Positions 10,260-20,705 of a stretch of 64,000 bases of DNA are shown here, one piece after another. Source of the stretch: an uncultured delta proteobacterium (GTDB lineage: Bacteria; Myxococcota_A; Polyangia; Polyangiales; Houyiibacteriaceae). Below the pieces are notes generated by a model. The model saw only the letters and a list, made by a program, of their open reading frames with translations. It was not told the origin of the DNA and ran no database searches. The position numbers were made by a program, and so were the translations under genes. The stretch covers positions 260,658-324,657 of the forward strand of contig CAVPIE010000015.1 in NCBI GenBank assembly GCA_963704865.1, written 5' to 3'. Every line of letters begins with the position of its first letter. Within the stretch, counting starts at the first letter, position 1.

Positions 10260-12137
10260 ATGCAAGGGTTGCTTGGCGTTGGTGGGTTCGTGCGGCTCGT
10301 GTTCGTACTCGGTTTACTCATCGTTTCTTCGGAAGCGGCGGCCCAGGAGGAGTCTCCGGGCGTCATCGTGATCACCGCGAGCGACGACGCGAGCTCGGGC
10401 GCGGCAATTCGCATCGATGGTGAGCCATCCGGCAACGTGCCACTGCGAAAGACGCTAACGCCTGGCCGGCACCTGGTACAGGTGGGGAAGCGCGGCTTCA
10501 CGACGTACTCGAAATGGGTGGATCTCGTCGCTGGGCAGGTGGTGACGATCCCTGTCGCACTTCAGCCCTCGGCGCCGAAAACGGGCTCGCTCCTGATTAC
10601 AGCCGACGTCACGGGCTTGGCCGTGTACATCGATGGACAGCGAAGAGGGGGCACGCCCCTGGTCATCGACGGCCTCAGCGAGGGCGAGCACGTCGTCGAA
10701 ATCAAGAGCCCCGGAGAGGGTTACCAAGCTTTTTCCCAGGTCGTCACCGTCAAGCCCGACGAGCGAACGACAGTCGACGCCACGATCCGACTTGCTCCCG
10801 ACCTCGGTAGTCTCCGCGTGATCGCAAACGTGCCGGGTTCGATCATTCGTCTCGACGGGATCGAGATCGGGGTAGCCCCTGCTGCCAAGGGCGGCCTCTC
10901 GCCTGGCGAGTATCTCGTCACCGCCGAGGCGAGCGGATACGAGAGCGTCACGCAAACCGTGACGGTGATCGCCGGTCGCGAGCGGGTCGTCTCACTGAGA
11001 TTCACGACGCCGAGCACGGAGATCCCACGCATCTTCGTTCGCGCCAACGTTCCCGAGGCACTCGTGACGATCGATGGAGAGGAATACGGCAACCCGCCGA
11101 TCACCATCGAGCCTGCAGACATCGGCACCCATTCCGTGGTCGTGCGGGCGCCGGGCTATCGTGAGGTGCGCCGTACTTGTTCCGTCGGGCGGAGCCGCAA
11201 CTGCGAGATCTACGCCGAGCTCAACGTGCTTGGCGTCCCGGTTCGAGTCGAGGCCAACGTGTACGATGCGCAGCTCTACGTCGACGGCGAGCTTCGTGGC
11301 CCCGTGCCCTGGGAAGGGGATCTGGCTGCCGGAATCCATCAACTGGAGGTCCGAGCCGAGGGCCACGGAAACCACGTCGAGCAGATTCGGCTCCAGAAGT
11401 CGCCGCGCGTCCGACTGATACAGGTGATTCTCACCCCTGCCGTCATCCCCGCCGAGCCGACAAAGGGACACAGGGCAGTCGACCGCAAAGACTCCCTGCG
11501 CGACACCGTCACCCACGCAGGCGCGCCGAATCCGCCGGGCGTGGCCACCCTCAATTTCTCGACGGGATGGCCCTGGTTGGCTTGGGTTGGCTTGCGCGCC
11601 GGGCTGACGGATTTCCTCGACGTCGGCATTTCTGTGCAAACGTTCGGGCGACTGACGGATTTCACGCTCAGCACGAAGGCGGGATGGCGGGTTTCCCCAA
11701 ACTTCTCCGTAGGTGGAGATCTCCAAATTGGCGGCGGAATCGGGCCCGCGCGGCGGGACCTGAGCGGCGACAGGCATCCGACCAACAACTTTTTCATCAG
11801 CTTGGACGCAATCTTCAGTGTTCACTTCCCGCCTCATGGCGCCTTCTCGGTTTGGATCGCCGGCGACTTCAACAGCGATCGATGGGACTTCAACGGTCGC
11901 AATAGCAACGACGCCGTGAGAAGCTCCCGGGAGAACTTCCTGCGCGCCAGGCTCGGCGGCTCACTGGAAATTGTCGTGACGAAGAAGTGGAACGTTTGGA
12001 TTGAAGTCGAGGGTATCGTGGCCGGAAAACGCCGGCCCATTCTCGGTGACATCTTCGGAGGCAGCCACCCGGACTCGCTCGTCTATGGGCAGTTGGGCGC
12101 GACGTTCAAGTTCGGTAGTCCCAAGGAGGGTTCGTGA
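10260..12137 (+). CDS. PEGA-repeat protein (5 PEGA domains) with probable C-terminal outer-membrane beta-barrel
   Basis: Signal peptide ending AAAQ; five repeats of ..V.IDG...G..P.....L..G.H.V.V...G[YF]; alternating C-terminal strands ending YGQLGATFKF. Start uncertain. Confidence 0.8.
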   Translation: MQGLLGVGGFVRLVFVLGLLIVSSEAAAQEESPGVIVITASDDASSGAAIRIDGEPSGNVPLRKTLTPGRHLVQVGKRGFTTYSKWVDLVAGQVVTIPVALQPSAPKTGSLLITADVTGLAVYIDGQRRGGTPLVIDGLSEGEHVVEIKSPGEGYQAFSQVVTVKPDERTTVDATIRLAPDLGSLRVIANVPGSIIRLDGIEIGVAPAAKGGLSPGEYLVTAEASGYESVTQTVTVIAGRERVVSLRFTTPSTEIPRIFVRANVPEALVTIDGEEYGNPPITIEPADIGTHSVVVRAPGYREVRRTCSVGRSRNCEIYAELNVLGVPVRVEANVYDAQLYVDGELRGPVPWEGDLAAGIHQLEVRAEGHGNHVEQIRLQKSPRVRLIQVILTPAVIPAEPTKGHRAVDRKDSLRDTVTHAGAPNPPGVATLNFSTGWPWLAWVGLRAGLTDFLDVGISVQTFGRLTDFTLSTKAGWRVSPNFSVGGDLQIGGGIGPARRDLSGDRHPTNNFFISLDAIFSVHFPPHGAFSVWIAGDFNSDRWDFNGRNSNDAVRSSRENFLRARLGGSLEIVVTKKWNVWIEVEGIVAGKRRPILGDIFGGSHPDSLVYGQLGATFKFGSPKEGS

Positions 12138-12787
12138 TCGACGGCCACTTCATCGTAATTGAAGGCATCGATGGATCGGGAACGACGACGCAGTGCGCGC
12201 TCCTCGCAGACCGCCTCACCGAGAGAGGACTTCCCGTCCACACCACGCGCGAGCCGAGCGACGGACCCATCGGCGTCCTCATTCGTCAGGTCTTGACGGG
12301 GCGGGTAGTCGTCTCGGGCCGCCAAGGCGCCCGGCCGTTCAACTGGGCGACCATGGCCACGTTGTTTGCGGCCGACCGTCTCGATCACCTCGAGGCCGAG
12401 GTGATTCCCAACCTGACCGACGGGGTCACGGTCATCTGCGATCGCTACGACCATTCCTCGGTCGCCTACCAAACGGTGAGCGGTGGGGGCGGTGAAGACA
12501 TTTCCAGCTGGGTGCGCGAGCTCAATCGGCACGCCAAGCGTCCCGACCTGACACTTTTGCTCGAAGTCGACCCCGCTGCTGCAGCAAGCCGTCGCGAGAC
12601 GCGATCCGGCAGCCCGGAGCTGTACGAAGTCGACGAAATGCAGGTCGAGCTTGCCGAGTTCTACGGGAAAATCGACGAACTTTTTCCAAATGATACCATT
12701 CGACACATCGATGCGAACTGCGGCATCGAAGCAGTGGCCGAGGCGATTTGGGCTGAGGTCATGGCACTGCGAGGAGAATCCACATGA
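12134..12787 (+). CDS. tmk: Thymidylate kinase
   Basis: FIVIEGIDGSGTTTQ, TREP, LFAADR, VICDRY..SSVAYQ, PDLT. Confidence 0.95.
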   Translation: MIDGHFIVIEGIDGSGTTTQCALLADRLTERGLPVHTTREPSDGPIGVLIRQVLTGRVVVSGRQGARPFNWATMATLFAADRLDHLEAEVIPNLTDGVTVICDRYDHSSVAYQTVSGGGGEDISSWVRELNRHAKRPDLTLLLEVDPAAAASRRETRSGSPELYEVDEMQVELAEFYGKIDELFPNDTIRHIDANCGIEAVAEAIWAEVMALRGEST

Positions 12788-13389
12788 GCCGTTACCTGTT
12801 TCTGCCGTTCGCCGTTCTCTTGGTCGCCAGCATTGCGGGCTGCGAAACCACCAAGCTGCAGCGAGACATGCTGGAGGACTCCACCTGGGAGACCTCGGAG
12901 GGCGAGGAGGACTGGGACGCTGAGACCAAACGTCGGAGTCGCAAAGAGAGGAAGCAAGACGAGGCTTGGGAGAAGAAGAACGCTCCCATGGAGGCGGTAC
13001 CCGCCGCTGAAGAGTCGAAGCCCGAGAGTAATCTCGATCAGCCGTATCAGCGCGTGACCGAAGGCGTCATCGCGCGCACCGCGCTCTTGCCCGTCCTCGA
13101 CGATGGCCTTGGCCGCTTCTTACAAAATGTTCAGATGGAACCAAAGTTCCACAAGGGCGCCTTCGTGGGCTTCCGCATCCTCAGCCTGTTTCCCGGTGAG
13201 CCGGCGTTCGCATCGCTCGACCTTCGTCCCGGGGACACGGTCACGCACGTCAATGGCAAGCCGATCGAGCGGCCCGAGCAGGCCATTGCGGTCTGGGAGG
13301 CGCTGCGCACCGCTTCGGATCTCATCGTCGACTATCGGCGAGATGGCGAGGCCCACGCGCTGCGATTTGCAATCGTTGACGAGGGCTGA
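12784..13389 (+). CDS. Lipoprotein with C-terminal GspC-like PDZ domain
   Basis: Lipobox IAGC; GFRILSL, LDLRPGDTVTHVNGKPI, YRRDG. Confidence 0.7.
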   Translation: MSRYLFLPFAVLLVASIAGCETTKLQRDMLEDSTWETSEGEEDWDAETKRRSRKERKQDEAWEKKNAPMEAVPAAEESKPESNLDQPYQRVTEGVIARTALLPVLDDGLGRFLQNVQMEPKFHKGAFVGFRILSLFPGEPAFASLDLRPGDTVTHVNGKPIERPEQAIAVWEALRTASDLIVDYRRDGEAHALRFAIVDEG

Positions 13390-13410
13390 GTTCGACTCCA
13401 TCGTTCCGCG

Positions 13411-14361
13411 GTGCGGTCCGCCAATCATTTCGCCGTCAATCGTCGTTTCGCCATCGGGGCCTCCGCGCTTCTGGCGTACACCGTCGCGGTCGTGCTCTGG
13501 GGCGCCTACGTGCGTGCGACGCTGTCCGGTGACGGCTGTGGCGACCATTGGCCCTTGTGCAATGGGGTGGCCATCCCGGTCGACCCTTCACTCAAGACGA
13601 TCATAGAGCTCACCCATCGGGTGACGTCAGGTCTATGCTGGATTTGGACCTTCGTGATGTGGGTCGTCGCGCTGCGCGTGTTCGGGCGCGGTCGGGCGAC
13701 TCGTTCCGCCGCAGGTTGGAGCCTGTTCTTCATGACGACTGAAGCTCTGGTTGGCGCAGGCCTCGTTTTGTTTCGCATGGTGGCCGACAACCCTTCGACG
13801 GCGCGGGGGGCCTGGATGGCGGCCCATCTGATCAATACCTTCCTACTGCTCTCGGCCCTCACCTGGATGTCCTACAGCGCCTGGCGTGAAGGAGGGGCGC
13901 GTTTCCCGAGCGACACGAGGTCCCGCTGGGTGCTTGGCGGGGCGGCGGCAGTCGTCTTGTTCGTGGGCGTCAGTGGCGCGATTGCAGCGCTGGGCGACAC
14001 GCTCTTTCCGGCGTCGAGCCTGCGCGTCGGGTTGCGTGAAGATTTCTCACCGACCGCGCACATCTTCTTGCGCCTTCGCCTCTGGCATCCGGTGATTGCA
14101 GTACTCGGCTCGGGCTATTTGATTTGGCTAGCCGCCGACTTGCTTCGACGCAGGCCTCATCCGCCGGTACGGAAGTTGGCAATCATCCTCGGTGGCCTGG
14201 TGCTGATCCAAATAGCAGTGGGGCTACTCAACGTCGCACTTCTTGCGCCCGTGCCAATGCAGCTCGCGCATCTCCTCGTCGCCGACGCCACGTGGATTAC
14301 CTTAACCCTCCTTGCACTTTCCTCACTGCCCCCCATCTCCAGTGCTAACCTGGTGCCGTGA
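13411..14361 (+). CDS. ctaA: Heme A synthase (COX15/CtaA)
   Basis: GCGDHWPLCNG, ELTHR, further conserved His residues in TM helices, about 8 TM segments. Confidence 0.9.
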   Translation: MRSANHFAVNRRFAIGASALLAYTVAVVLWGAYVRATLSGDGCGDHWPLCNGVAIPVDPSLKTIIELTHRVTSGLCWIWTFVMWVVALRVFGRGRATRSAAGWSLFFMTTEALVGAGLVLFRMVADNPSTARGAWMAAHLINTFLLLSALTWMSYSAWREGGARFPSDTRSRWVLGGAAAVVLFVGVSGAIAALGDTLFPASSLRVGLREDFSPTAHIFLRLRLWHPVIAVLGSGYLIWLAADLLRRRPHPPVRKLAIILGGLVLIQIAVGLLNVALLAPVPMQLAHLLVADATWITLTLLALSSLPPISSANLVP

Positions 14362-15419
14362 GCGATCCATATCTCGGCAAAGAGGTGGCAGGGCAGTTCC
14401 GCATCGTCGAGAAGATCGGCAAGGGCGGCATGGGCGCGGTCTATCGGGCTGAGCAGCCCGACATGAATCGCTACGTGGCGATCAAGATTCTCCACTCACG
14501 TTATCTCACACGAAGCGATTTGGTTTCTCGATTTCGTCGTGAAGCACGGGCCATGAGCCAGCTCTCGCATCCGAACACCGCGCGTGTGTTTCTCTACGGT
14601 CAGCTCGACGACGGTGCTTGCTACTTCGTGATGGAGCACCTCGTCGGCCAAAACCTCGCTCAGCTGGTCCGTTCGGAAGGCGCGATGAAGCCCAAGCGCG
14701 CGGTCCGCATCATGGCGCAGGTCTGCGGTGCGCTCGAAGAAGCGCACCAGGCGGGGATCATCCACCGCGATCTCAAGCCGGAGAACGTTTTCGTGACGAG
14801 CCAGGGGGGCATCCGCGACTTCCCAAAGGTCCTGGACTTTGGCCTTGCGAAGGTGACCGAGCGGCAGATGCGGCCTGGCTCGATGGTGCTCACTCAGCAA
14901 GGCATGGTGTTCGGCACGCCGGAGTTCATGAGCCCGGAGCAGGCCCACGGAAAGACCCTCGATGCCCGCTCGGACATCTACTCGTTGGGGGTCATCCTTT
15001 ACGAGCTGCTCACGGGAAAGCTGCCGTTCGATGCGAAGCAGCCAATCGAGTACATCCAGCTGCACGTCAACGCGACGCCCATTCCGTTTGCGCAGCGCCT
15101 TCCGGATGCGGTTTTTCCGCCGGGACTCGAAGAGGTGGTCATGACCGCACTGGCCAAGAAGCCCGAGGAGCGATACGCGTCAGCAGCCGAGTTTGCCGCG
15201 GCGCTCGAGCGTGTCCTCCAATTCGAGGCTGGGGAGCGGGGCTCGATTACGCTTCCGACCCCCATTCCAGCGGCGCCCGTGCCCGAGCCCGCACCGCCCA
15301 TCGGAGCGCCTCGGAGCGGAAGAAAACGCACGCCGATCTGGGTCGTGCTGAGCCTCGGCATCGTCCTCGCGGTGGCCGGTGTCGTCGCGCTTCTGGCGGT
15401 CTTCGGCCCAGGTTCTTGA
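14358..15419 (+). CDS. Ser/Thr protein kinase with C-terminal membrane anchor
   Basis: IGKGGMGAVY, VAIK, HRDLKPEN, DFG, GTPEFMSPEQ, Pro-rich linker, terminal TM. Confidence 0.95.
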   Translation: MSDPYLGKEVAGQFRIVEKIGKGGMGAVYRAEQPDMNRYVAIKILHSRYLTRSDLVSRFRREARAMSQLSHPNTARVFLYGQLDDGACYFVMEHLVGQNLAQLVRSEGAMKPKRAVRIMAQVCGALEEAHQAGIIHRDLKPENVFVTSQGGIRDFPKVLDFGLAKVTERQMRPGSMVLTQQGMVFGTPEFMSPEQAHGKTLDARSDIYSLGVILYELLTGKLPFDAKQPIEYIQLHVNATPIPFAQRLPDAVFPPGLEEVVMTALAKKPEERYASAAEFAAALERVLQFEAGERGSITLPTPIPAAPVPEPAPPIGAPRSGRKRTPIWVVLSLGIVLAVAGVVALLAVFGPGS

Positions 15420-15538
15420 GCGGTTCCAAAGCCATTCTTGACCCGCCGGCGCCCTGGCCCTAGGCCGCTGACTTCTGGGAGTTGACCGTTTCGCAGCGGA
15501 GGGTCAGAGTCCGCGCCCGCTTCCAACCAGGGACCACC

Positions 15539-16420
15539 ATGACCGTAGCGATTCGACAAGCCACGATGATGCTGACCGTGCGCGACCTGATCGCACTGAC
15601 CAAGCCGAGAATCACGCTGATGGTTCTGGTGACGGCGGCCGGCGGAATGTGGCTTGCGCCGGGCTCGCTAGGCCTGGGCTCGATGACGGTGATGCTGCTC
15701 ACGACCGGCATGGTCGTTGGCGCGGCCAACACGCTCAACTGCTACTTGGAGCGCGACACCGATCGCTTGATGACCCGGACCGCGAGTCGCCCGCTGCCCG
15801 ATCGCCGGCTCGAACCCTCCTGGGCGCTGATCCTCGGGGTTCTGATGGGCCTCTTCGCGGTGCCGACCCTCACCCTCGCGGTCAACCCCATGACGGGCCT
15901 GCTCGGTTTCATCGCCCTGGCGAGCTACGTGGCGATTTACACGCCGATGAAGCAATACACCCCGGCCGCGCTTTTCGTCGGAGCAGTGCCCGGTGCACTA
16001 CCACCCCTCATGGGCTGGACGGCGGTCACTGGCAGCATCGATCTGCCGGGACTTGTCTTGTTCGGCATTTTGTTTTTCTGGCAGATCCCGCACTTCATCG
16101 CGATCTCGATCTTCAGGCAAGAGGAGTACGAACGCGCCGGCCTCAAAGTCTTGCCGTCCGTTCGCGGCATTCGCGCGGCCAAGGTGCAATCCGCGGTCAA
16201 CGCAGGCCTGCTCTGGGCAGTTTCGCTCCTCCTCGTTCCCTATGGCCTGGCCGGCAGCTTGTACTTCGCGGCTGCGATGGTTCTCGGCGCCTACTTCTTT
16301 TGGATGGCGCTGCGTGGCTTCAAGGCCGAGGATACGAACGCTTGGGCCAAGAAGTTCTTCTTTGCCTCCCTCATCTACCTCACCGGTCTGTTTTCGGCCC
16401 TGATTGTCGATGCGCTCTAA
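15539..16420 (+). CDS. ctaB: Protoheme IX farnesyltransferase (heme O synthase)
   Basis: LTKPRI, NCYLERDTDRLMTRTASRPLP, YTPMK, GAVPGALPPLMGW, WQIPHF. Start uncertain. Confidence 0.95.
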   Translation: MTVAIRQATMMLTVRDLIALTKPRITLMVLVTAAGGMWLAPGSLGLGSMTVMLLTTGMVVGAANTLNCYLERDTDRLMTRTASRPLPDRRLEPSWALILGVLMGLFAVPTLTLAVNPMTGLLGFIALASYVAIYTPMKQYTPAALFVGAVPGALPPLMGWTAVTGSIDLPGLVLFGILFFWQIPHFIAISIFRQEEYERAGLKVLPSVRGIRAAKVQSAVNAGLLWAVSLLLVPYGLAGSLYFAAAMVLGAYFFWMALRGFKAEDTNAWAKKFFFASLIYLTGLFSALIVDAL

Positions 16421-17012
16421 GGCACTCGGTCTCGCTCTGCTCACGGTCCTCGCCGTCGTTGGCTGTTCGAAGCGAAGCGCAAAGGACGTCCCCGTTCTCG
16501 GTCAGCTCCCAGAGTTCTCGCTCGTCGACCAAAACGCGGAGGCCTTCGATCGCGACGCGATGGAAGGCAATCTATGGGTCTCGGCCTTCGTGTTCACCCA
16601 TTGTCGCTCGACCTGCCCGAGGATCACCGCCCACATGAAGGGGCTTCAGTCCCGGCTTTCGGACGTTCCGAGTGCCCATTTCGTCTCGGTCAGCGTGGAC
16701 CCCCGGAACGATACCCCGGAGGTCATCAAAGCCTACATGACGAAGAACGAGCTCGACGAGAGCAACTGGCGCTTCGTAACCGGCGAAGACGAGGCGATTC
16801 GACACGTCGTCGTCGACGGCTTCCGGGTCGGGCTCGGGGACGCGGACAGCAAGGCGGCGGGCGCCGAGGACATCATGCACTCGAACTCCTTCGTATTGGT
16901 GGACGACAAGGCTCGGGTCCGGGGCTACTACCGCGCCAACAACGACGGTATTGGCGAGCTCGAACGCGATCTCAGGGCTCTGGCCGCCCCCGTGCCATCC
17001 AACGAGCATTGA
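16410..17012 (+). CDS. SCO1/SenC copper chaperone lipoprotein
   Basis: Lipobox VVGC; FTHCRSTCP (CxxxCP), SVDPRNDTP, conserved His in IMHSNSFVLVD. Confidence 0.93.
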   Translation: MRSKALGLALLTVLAVVGCSKRSAKDVPVLGQLPEFSLVDQNAEAFDRDAMEGNLWVSAFVFTHCRSTCPRITAHMKGLQSRLSDVPSAHFVSVSVDPRNDTPEVIKAYMTKNELDESNWRFVTGEDEAIRHVVVDGFRVGLGDADSKAAGAEDIMHSNSFVLVDDKARVRGYYRANNDGIGELERDLRALAAPVPSNEH

Positions 17013-17043
17013 TAGCGCCACGCTTCGGTGTTAAGCCCGCGGC

Positions 17044-18252
17044 ATGAGTGAACCCATCCCCGTCGCGCAACGACTCAGCGTCGTCAAACCTTCTGCCACC
17101 GTCGCGGTTGCCCAGCGAGCGCGCGAGCTGAAGGCGCAGGGCATCGATGTGCTTTCCTTCAGCGTGGGTGAGCCGGACTTCGATACGCCCGCGCACATTC
17201 GCGAAGCCGCCAAGAAGGCGATCGACTCGGGAGCCACCCGCTACACCGCGGCGCGGGGGACGGTTGAGCTTCGCGAAGCGATCTGCGAAGCCTCGGCCAA
17301 GCGCCGTTCGGGGGTGACCTACGATCCTTCCGACGTCGTCGTCTCGGTCGGCGCCAAGCACACGCTCTTCAATCTGGCGTTGGCTCTTTACAACGAAGGC
17401 GACGAGGTTCTGATCCCGGCGCCGTACTGGGTGAGCTATCCGGAGCAAGTCCGGCTTGCCGGTGCGGAGCCCGTGATCGTTGAGACGACCGAAGAACAAG
17501 GTTTCCGCATGACGCCCGAAGCGTTGCGCGCCGCGATTACCCCCAAGACCAAGGCGCTCATCCTCTGCTCGCCGTCCAACCCCACCGGCGCGGCGTACTC
17601 TGGCGAGCAGCTTCGTGCGCTCGCCGATGTTGCGGCCGAGCACAACTTCTGGATCATCGTCGACGAGATCTACGGACAGCTGGTGTACGGAGGGTTCGAG
17701 CAGAAATCGATCGTCGAGGTCGCACCCGAGCTCAAGGATCGCATCATCATCGTCGACGGCGTCAGCAAGACCTTTGCAATGACCGGCTGGCGCATCGGCT
17801 GGATGCTCTCCCCGGCGTACGTCGCGAAGGCATGCGAGAAGATCCAGAGCCAGTCGACCACGAATCCGAGCTCGGTCGCTCAAAGTGCCGCAATCGCTGC
17901 GCTCCGCGGCCCCTGGGAGCCGATGGAAGAGATGCGCCAAGCGTTCGAGGCGCGCCGAAGCATCATCGTCGAAGGGCTCAACGCGATCGACGGGATCAGC
18001 TGCGGGATGCCCGAAGGCGCGTTCTACGCCTTCGCCAACGCGCAGGGCCTCATGGGCAAGCAGGGCGGTGGCAAGAAGCTCGAAACCGACCTCGACGTCG
18101 CTGGCTATTTGCTGGAGGCAGCGCGTTGCGCCGTCGTACCCGGGACTGCATTTGGCGCACCCGGCTTTCTGCGCATTTCGTACGCAGCGTCGAACGACAT
18201 GATTCGCGAGGGCCTGAAGCGAATTGGCGAAGCGGTTGCGAAGCTGAAGTAG
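17044..18252 (+). CDS. Class I PLP aminotransferase (aspartate aminotransferase-like)
   Basis: GEPDFDTP, PYWVSY, SPSNPTG, DEIY, SKTFAMTGWRIG. Confidence 0.93.
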   Translation: MSEPIPVAQRLSVVKPSATVAVAQRARELKAQGIDVLSFSVGEPDFDTPAHIREAAKKAIDSGATRYTAARGTVELREAICEASAKRRSGVTYDPSDVVVSVGAKHTLFNLALALYNEGDEVLIPAPYWVSYPEQVRLAGAEPVIVETTEEQGFRMTPEALRAAITPKTKALILCSPSNPTGAAYSGEQLRALADVAAEHNFWIIVDEIYGQLVYGGFEQKSIVEVAPELKDRIIIVDGVSKTFAMTGWRIGWMLSPAYVAKACEKIQSQSTTNPSSVAQSAAIAALRGPWEPMEEMRQAFEARRSIIVEGLNAIDGISCGMPEGAFYAFANAQGLMGKQGGGKKLETDLDVAGYLLEAARCAVVPGTAFGAPGFLRISYAASNDMIREGLKRIGEAVAKLK

Positions 18253-18264
18253 GCAGCGACAGTG

Positions 18265-19299
18265 TCAGTGGCGCCGGGCCTGCGCGATCGCCGCTCGCGC
18301 GAGTAGCGCGACCCCCAGCACCGTCAGCAGCATGGCGCTTGGCGTCCTCGGGGCGTAGCCGGCGCTGAGCAGCAACAAAAGCGCTCCGCCCAGCTGCCGG
18401 CGAACCGTATATTTCGACATGATCGCTGCGACGGTCACCGCCGCGCCCACGCTCAACGGGATCGCATAGAGGATGAAGTCCCGGTCGGGCAAGAAGTCGA
18501 GTCGCAGTGCGCCATAGAGTAAATCGGGCAGGTCTCGCCCGACCGCGTGCTTCCAGACGATCATCCCCGCCGCGACGGCGCCTGCGGCCACGGCGGCCCC
18601 GGCGATCGTCGTCTTGCCTCGCGGCTCCCGCCAGGGAATCGAGATCGCGAACCCGATTGCGATGGGTGTGGCCAGATAGGCCATCTCGCCAGACCAACGA
18701 AACGCGTTCGAGAGACGCTCGGTGTGCTCCCAGTACGTGCGCTCGCCGACCAGGTTCACCACGGTCGAGACGATGCCACTCAACGCCGCGACGAGCGTCA
18801 GCACCAACGCCACCGCGACGGGACGGGTGGAGCGCCAGTGCATGCCAGCGAGGACTAGGAGCAGAATCGTCGCATGGGCGAAGCCTGCGACCACGATGAC
18901 GAGCTCGGGTCGGGTCCATGCGCGTGGCAAGAACGTCATCAGGGTGACGATGGGAATCAGAAGCCAGCCGAAACTGGCGATGCCCACGCGTGCGGAAAAC
19001 GGCAGTCCGCTCCTGGGCGATGAAAGCGATGCCAGGCAGAATCCCAAAGCGACGAGGGCGCTCACCACACTGAGATTGCGTGCGAAGCCACCCCAGGTGT
19101 CGAGTCGAACGAGCGCTTCCGTCGACCAAGTTTCGTGCCCCAGGAGAATCAGGACCCGATTGAGGATCAGGTCGGCGAAGGCCGCGGCGCCTGCCATCCA
19201 CGCGAGCGGAGGGGTGGCAGCGAGGTAGGGCGACCCTTGCTCTTCTACGGGCGTGACGGCGGCCACGGCGGCTAGCGATGAGTCGATGCTCTCGGTCAA
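18265..19299 (-). CDS. Hypothetical multi-pass membrane protein
   Basis: 344-aa ORF filling the gap between convergent and divergent genes, about 9-10 hydrophobic segments, no motif recognised. Confidence 0.7.
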   Translation of the reverse strand: MTESIDSSLAAVAAVTPVEEQGSPYLAATPPLAWMAGAAAFADLILNRVLILLGHETWSTEALVRLDTWGGFARNLSVVSALVALGFCLASLSSPRSGLPFSARVGIASFGWLLIPIVTLMTFLPRAWTRPELVIVVAGFAHATILLLVLAGMHWRSTRPVAVALVLTLVAALSGIVSTVVNLVGERTYWEHTERLSNAFRWSGEMAYLATPIAIGFAISIPWREPRGKTTIAGAAVAAGAVAAGMIVWKHAVGRDLPDLLYGALRLDFLPDRDFILYAIPLSVGAAVTVAAIMSKYTVRRQLGGALLLLLSAGYAPRTPSAMLLTVLGVALLARAAIAQARRH

Positions 19300-19360
19300 G
19301 ATTCAGGGACCCTACGCGGGCAATCTAGCGTATTCAAGGCTCTCTGCTAGAACCTGGCAG

Positions 19361-20335
19361 ATGACCACCGTCCGCAACGACTGGACAAGAGAAGAGGCCC
19401 GTGCGCTTCACGATCTGCCGCTGACTGACCTCCTGTTTCGGGCGCAGGAAGTCCATCGTGCCACGCAGCCACGCGACGCGGTCCAACTCTGCTCGCTTCT
19501 ATCGATCAAGACCGGAGCCTGCCAAGAAGATTGCTCGTATTGCCCACAGAGCTCGAAGTACGACACCGGCGTCGAAGCCGAGCGCCTGATGGATGTCGCC
19601 GACGTGCTCGGCAAGGCGCGTGAGGCCAAAAAGGCGGGCGCCAGCCGTTTTTGCATGGGTGCGGCGTGGCGGAGCCCAAAGAAGGGGAGCCGGCAGTTTC
19701 AGCAGGTTCTGGAAATGGTGCGTGGGGTGCGCGCGCTCGACATGGAAGCTTGCGTAACCCTCGGAATGCTCGATGACGAACAAACTCGAGAGCTCAAGGA
19801 CGCCGGCCTCACCGCGTACAATCACAACCTCGACACGTCCGAGGAGTTCTACGGCGAAATCATCACGACCCGCACGTACAAAGACCGCCTCGACACCATC
19901 GCTCGAGTCGCAGCCGCAGGGATTTCCGTTTGCGCTGGGGGGATCATCGGCATGGGCGAAAGCATCGACGACCGCGTCGGCATGCTCGTCACACTCGCCA
20001 ACCTTTCCCCGCAGCCCGAGAGCGTTCCGGTCAATGCTCTCGTCGCCGTCCCTGGCACTCCCCTGGGCGAACGGAAGCCGGTCGATCCACTCGAGCTCGT
20101 TCGCATGTGCGCCACCGCGCGCATCATGATTCCTGGGGCGCGTGTGCGGCTCTCGGCCGGGCGGGCTTCATTGAGCCGCGAGGCCCAGCTGCTCTGCTTC
20201 ATGGCAGGCGCCAACAGCGTATTCTTTGGAGACAAGCTGCTGACGACCGGGAACCCGGACCACGACGCGGATATGAGCCTGCTCCGCGATGCAGGGCTTT
20301 CCGCCCTGGTGCCGGCGTCTGACGCCGCCGAGTAG
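19361..20335 (+). CDS. bioB: Biotin synthase
   Basis: [10 protein letters not shown] radical-SAM motif, [34 protein letters not shown]. Confidence 0.97.
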   Translation: MTTVRNDWTREEARALHDLPLTDLLFRAQEVHRATQPRDAVQLCSLLSIKTGACQEDCSYCPQSSKYDTGVEAERLMDVADVLGKAREAKKAGASRFCMGAAWRSPKKGSRQFQQVLEMVRGVRALDMEACVTLGMLDDEQTRELKDAGLTAYNHNLDTSEEFYGEIITTRTYKDRLDTIARVAAAGISVCAGGIIGMGESIDDRVGMLVTLANLSPQPESVPVNALVAVPGTPLGERKPVDPLELVRMCATARIMIPGARVRLSAGRASLSREAQLLCFMAGANSVFFGDKLLTTGNPDHDADMSLLRDAGLSALVPASDAAE

Positions 20336-20378
20336 GGCTTGCGGACTGAAATCATTGAGCTTTCGGGGCGTCGCACTA

Positions 20379-20395
20379 TTGAATTTGATTTGCAA
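20379..20395. promoter_or_regulatory. Putative Fur-type operator upstream of bfd
   Basis: AT-rich imperfect palindrome TTGAATTTGATTTGCAA just upstream of bfd. A second Fur-like site, TGATAACGCATTTCAA, lies at 20628-20643 before bfr. Confidence 0.5.
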
Positions 20396-20418
20396 CATCT
20401 ATCGTTTATAAAGGAACC

Positions 20419-20619
20419 ATGCTCGTGTGCCACTGCCATGCGGTCAACGACCGAACGATTCGCCAATGCGTGAACAACGGCGCGCGAAGCGAGGACGAGG
20501 TGCGCCAGGCCTGCGGTGCGGGTTCTAGCTGTGGGAGCTGCAGGCCGGCGATCGACCGCCTGATCGAGCTTCACCACGACTCACAGAGCGGAATCGACGT
20601 CAGCGGCGCGCAGGGCTGA
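20419..20619 (+). CDS. bfd: Bacterioferritin-associated ferredoxin
   Basis: MLVCHCHAV...AGSSCGSC 2Fe-2S motif, SD AAGGA, immediately upstream of bfr. Confidence 0.93.
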   Translation: MLVCHCHAVNDRTIRQCVNNGARSEDEVRQACGAGSSCGSCRPAIDRLIELHHDSQSGIDVSGAQG

Positions 20620-20705
20620 CCTCGCACTGATAACGCATTTCAAGTTCAGCTTGCGCGCATTGCCATGGGCAATCGCCGTCTCTATGCTCGCTCGAAGGAA
20701 GATTC

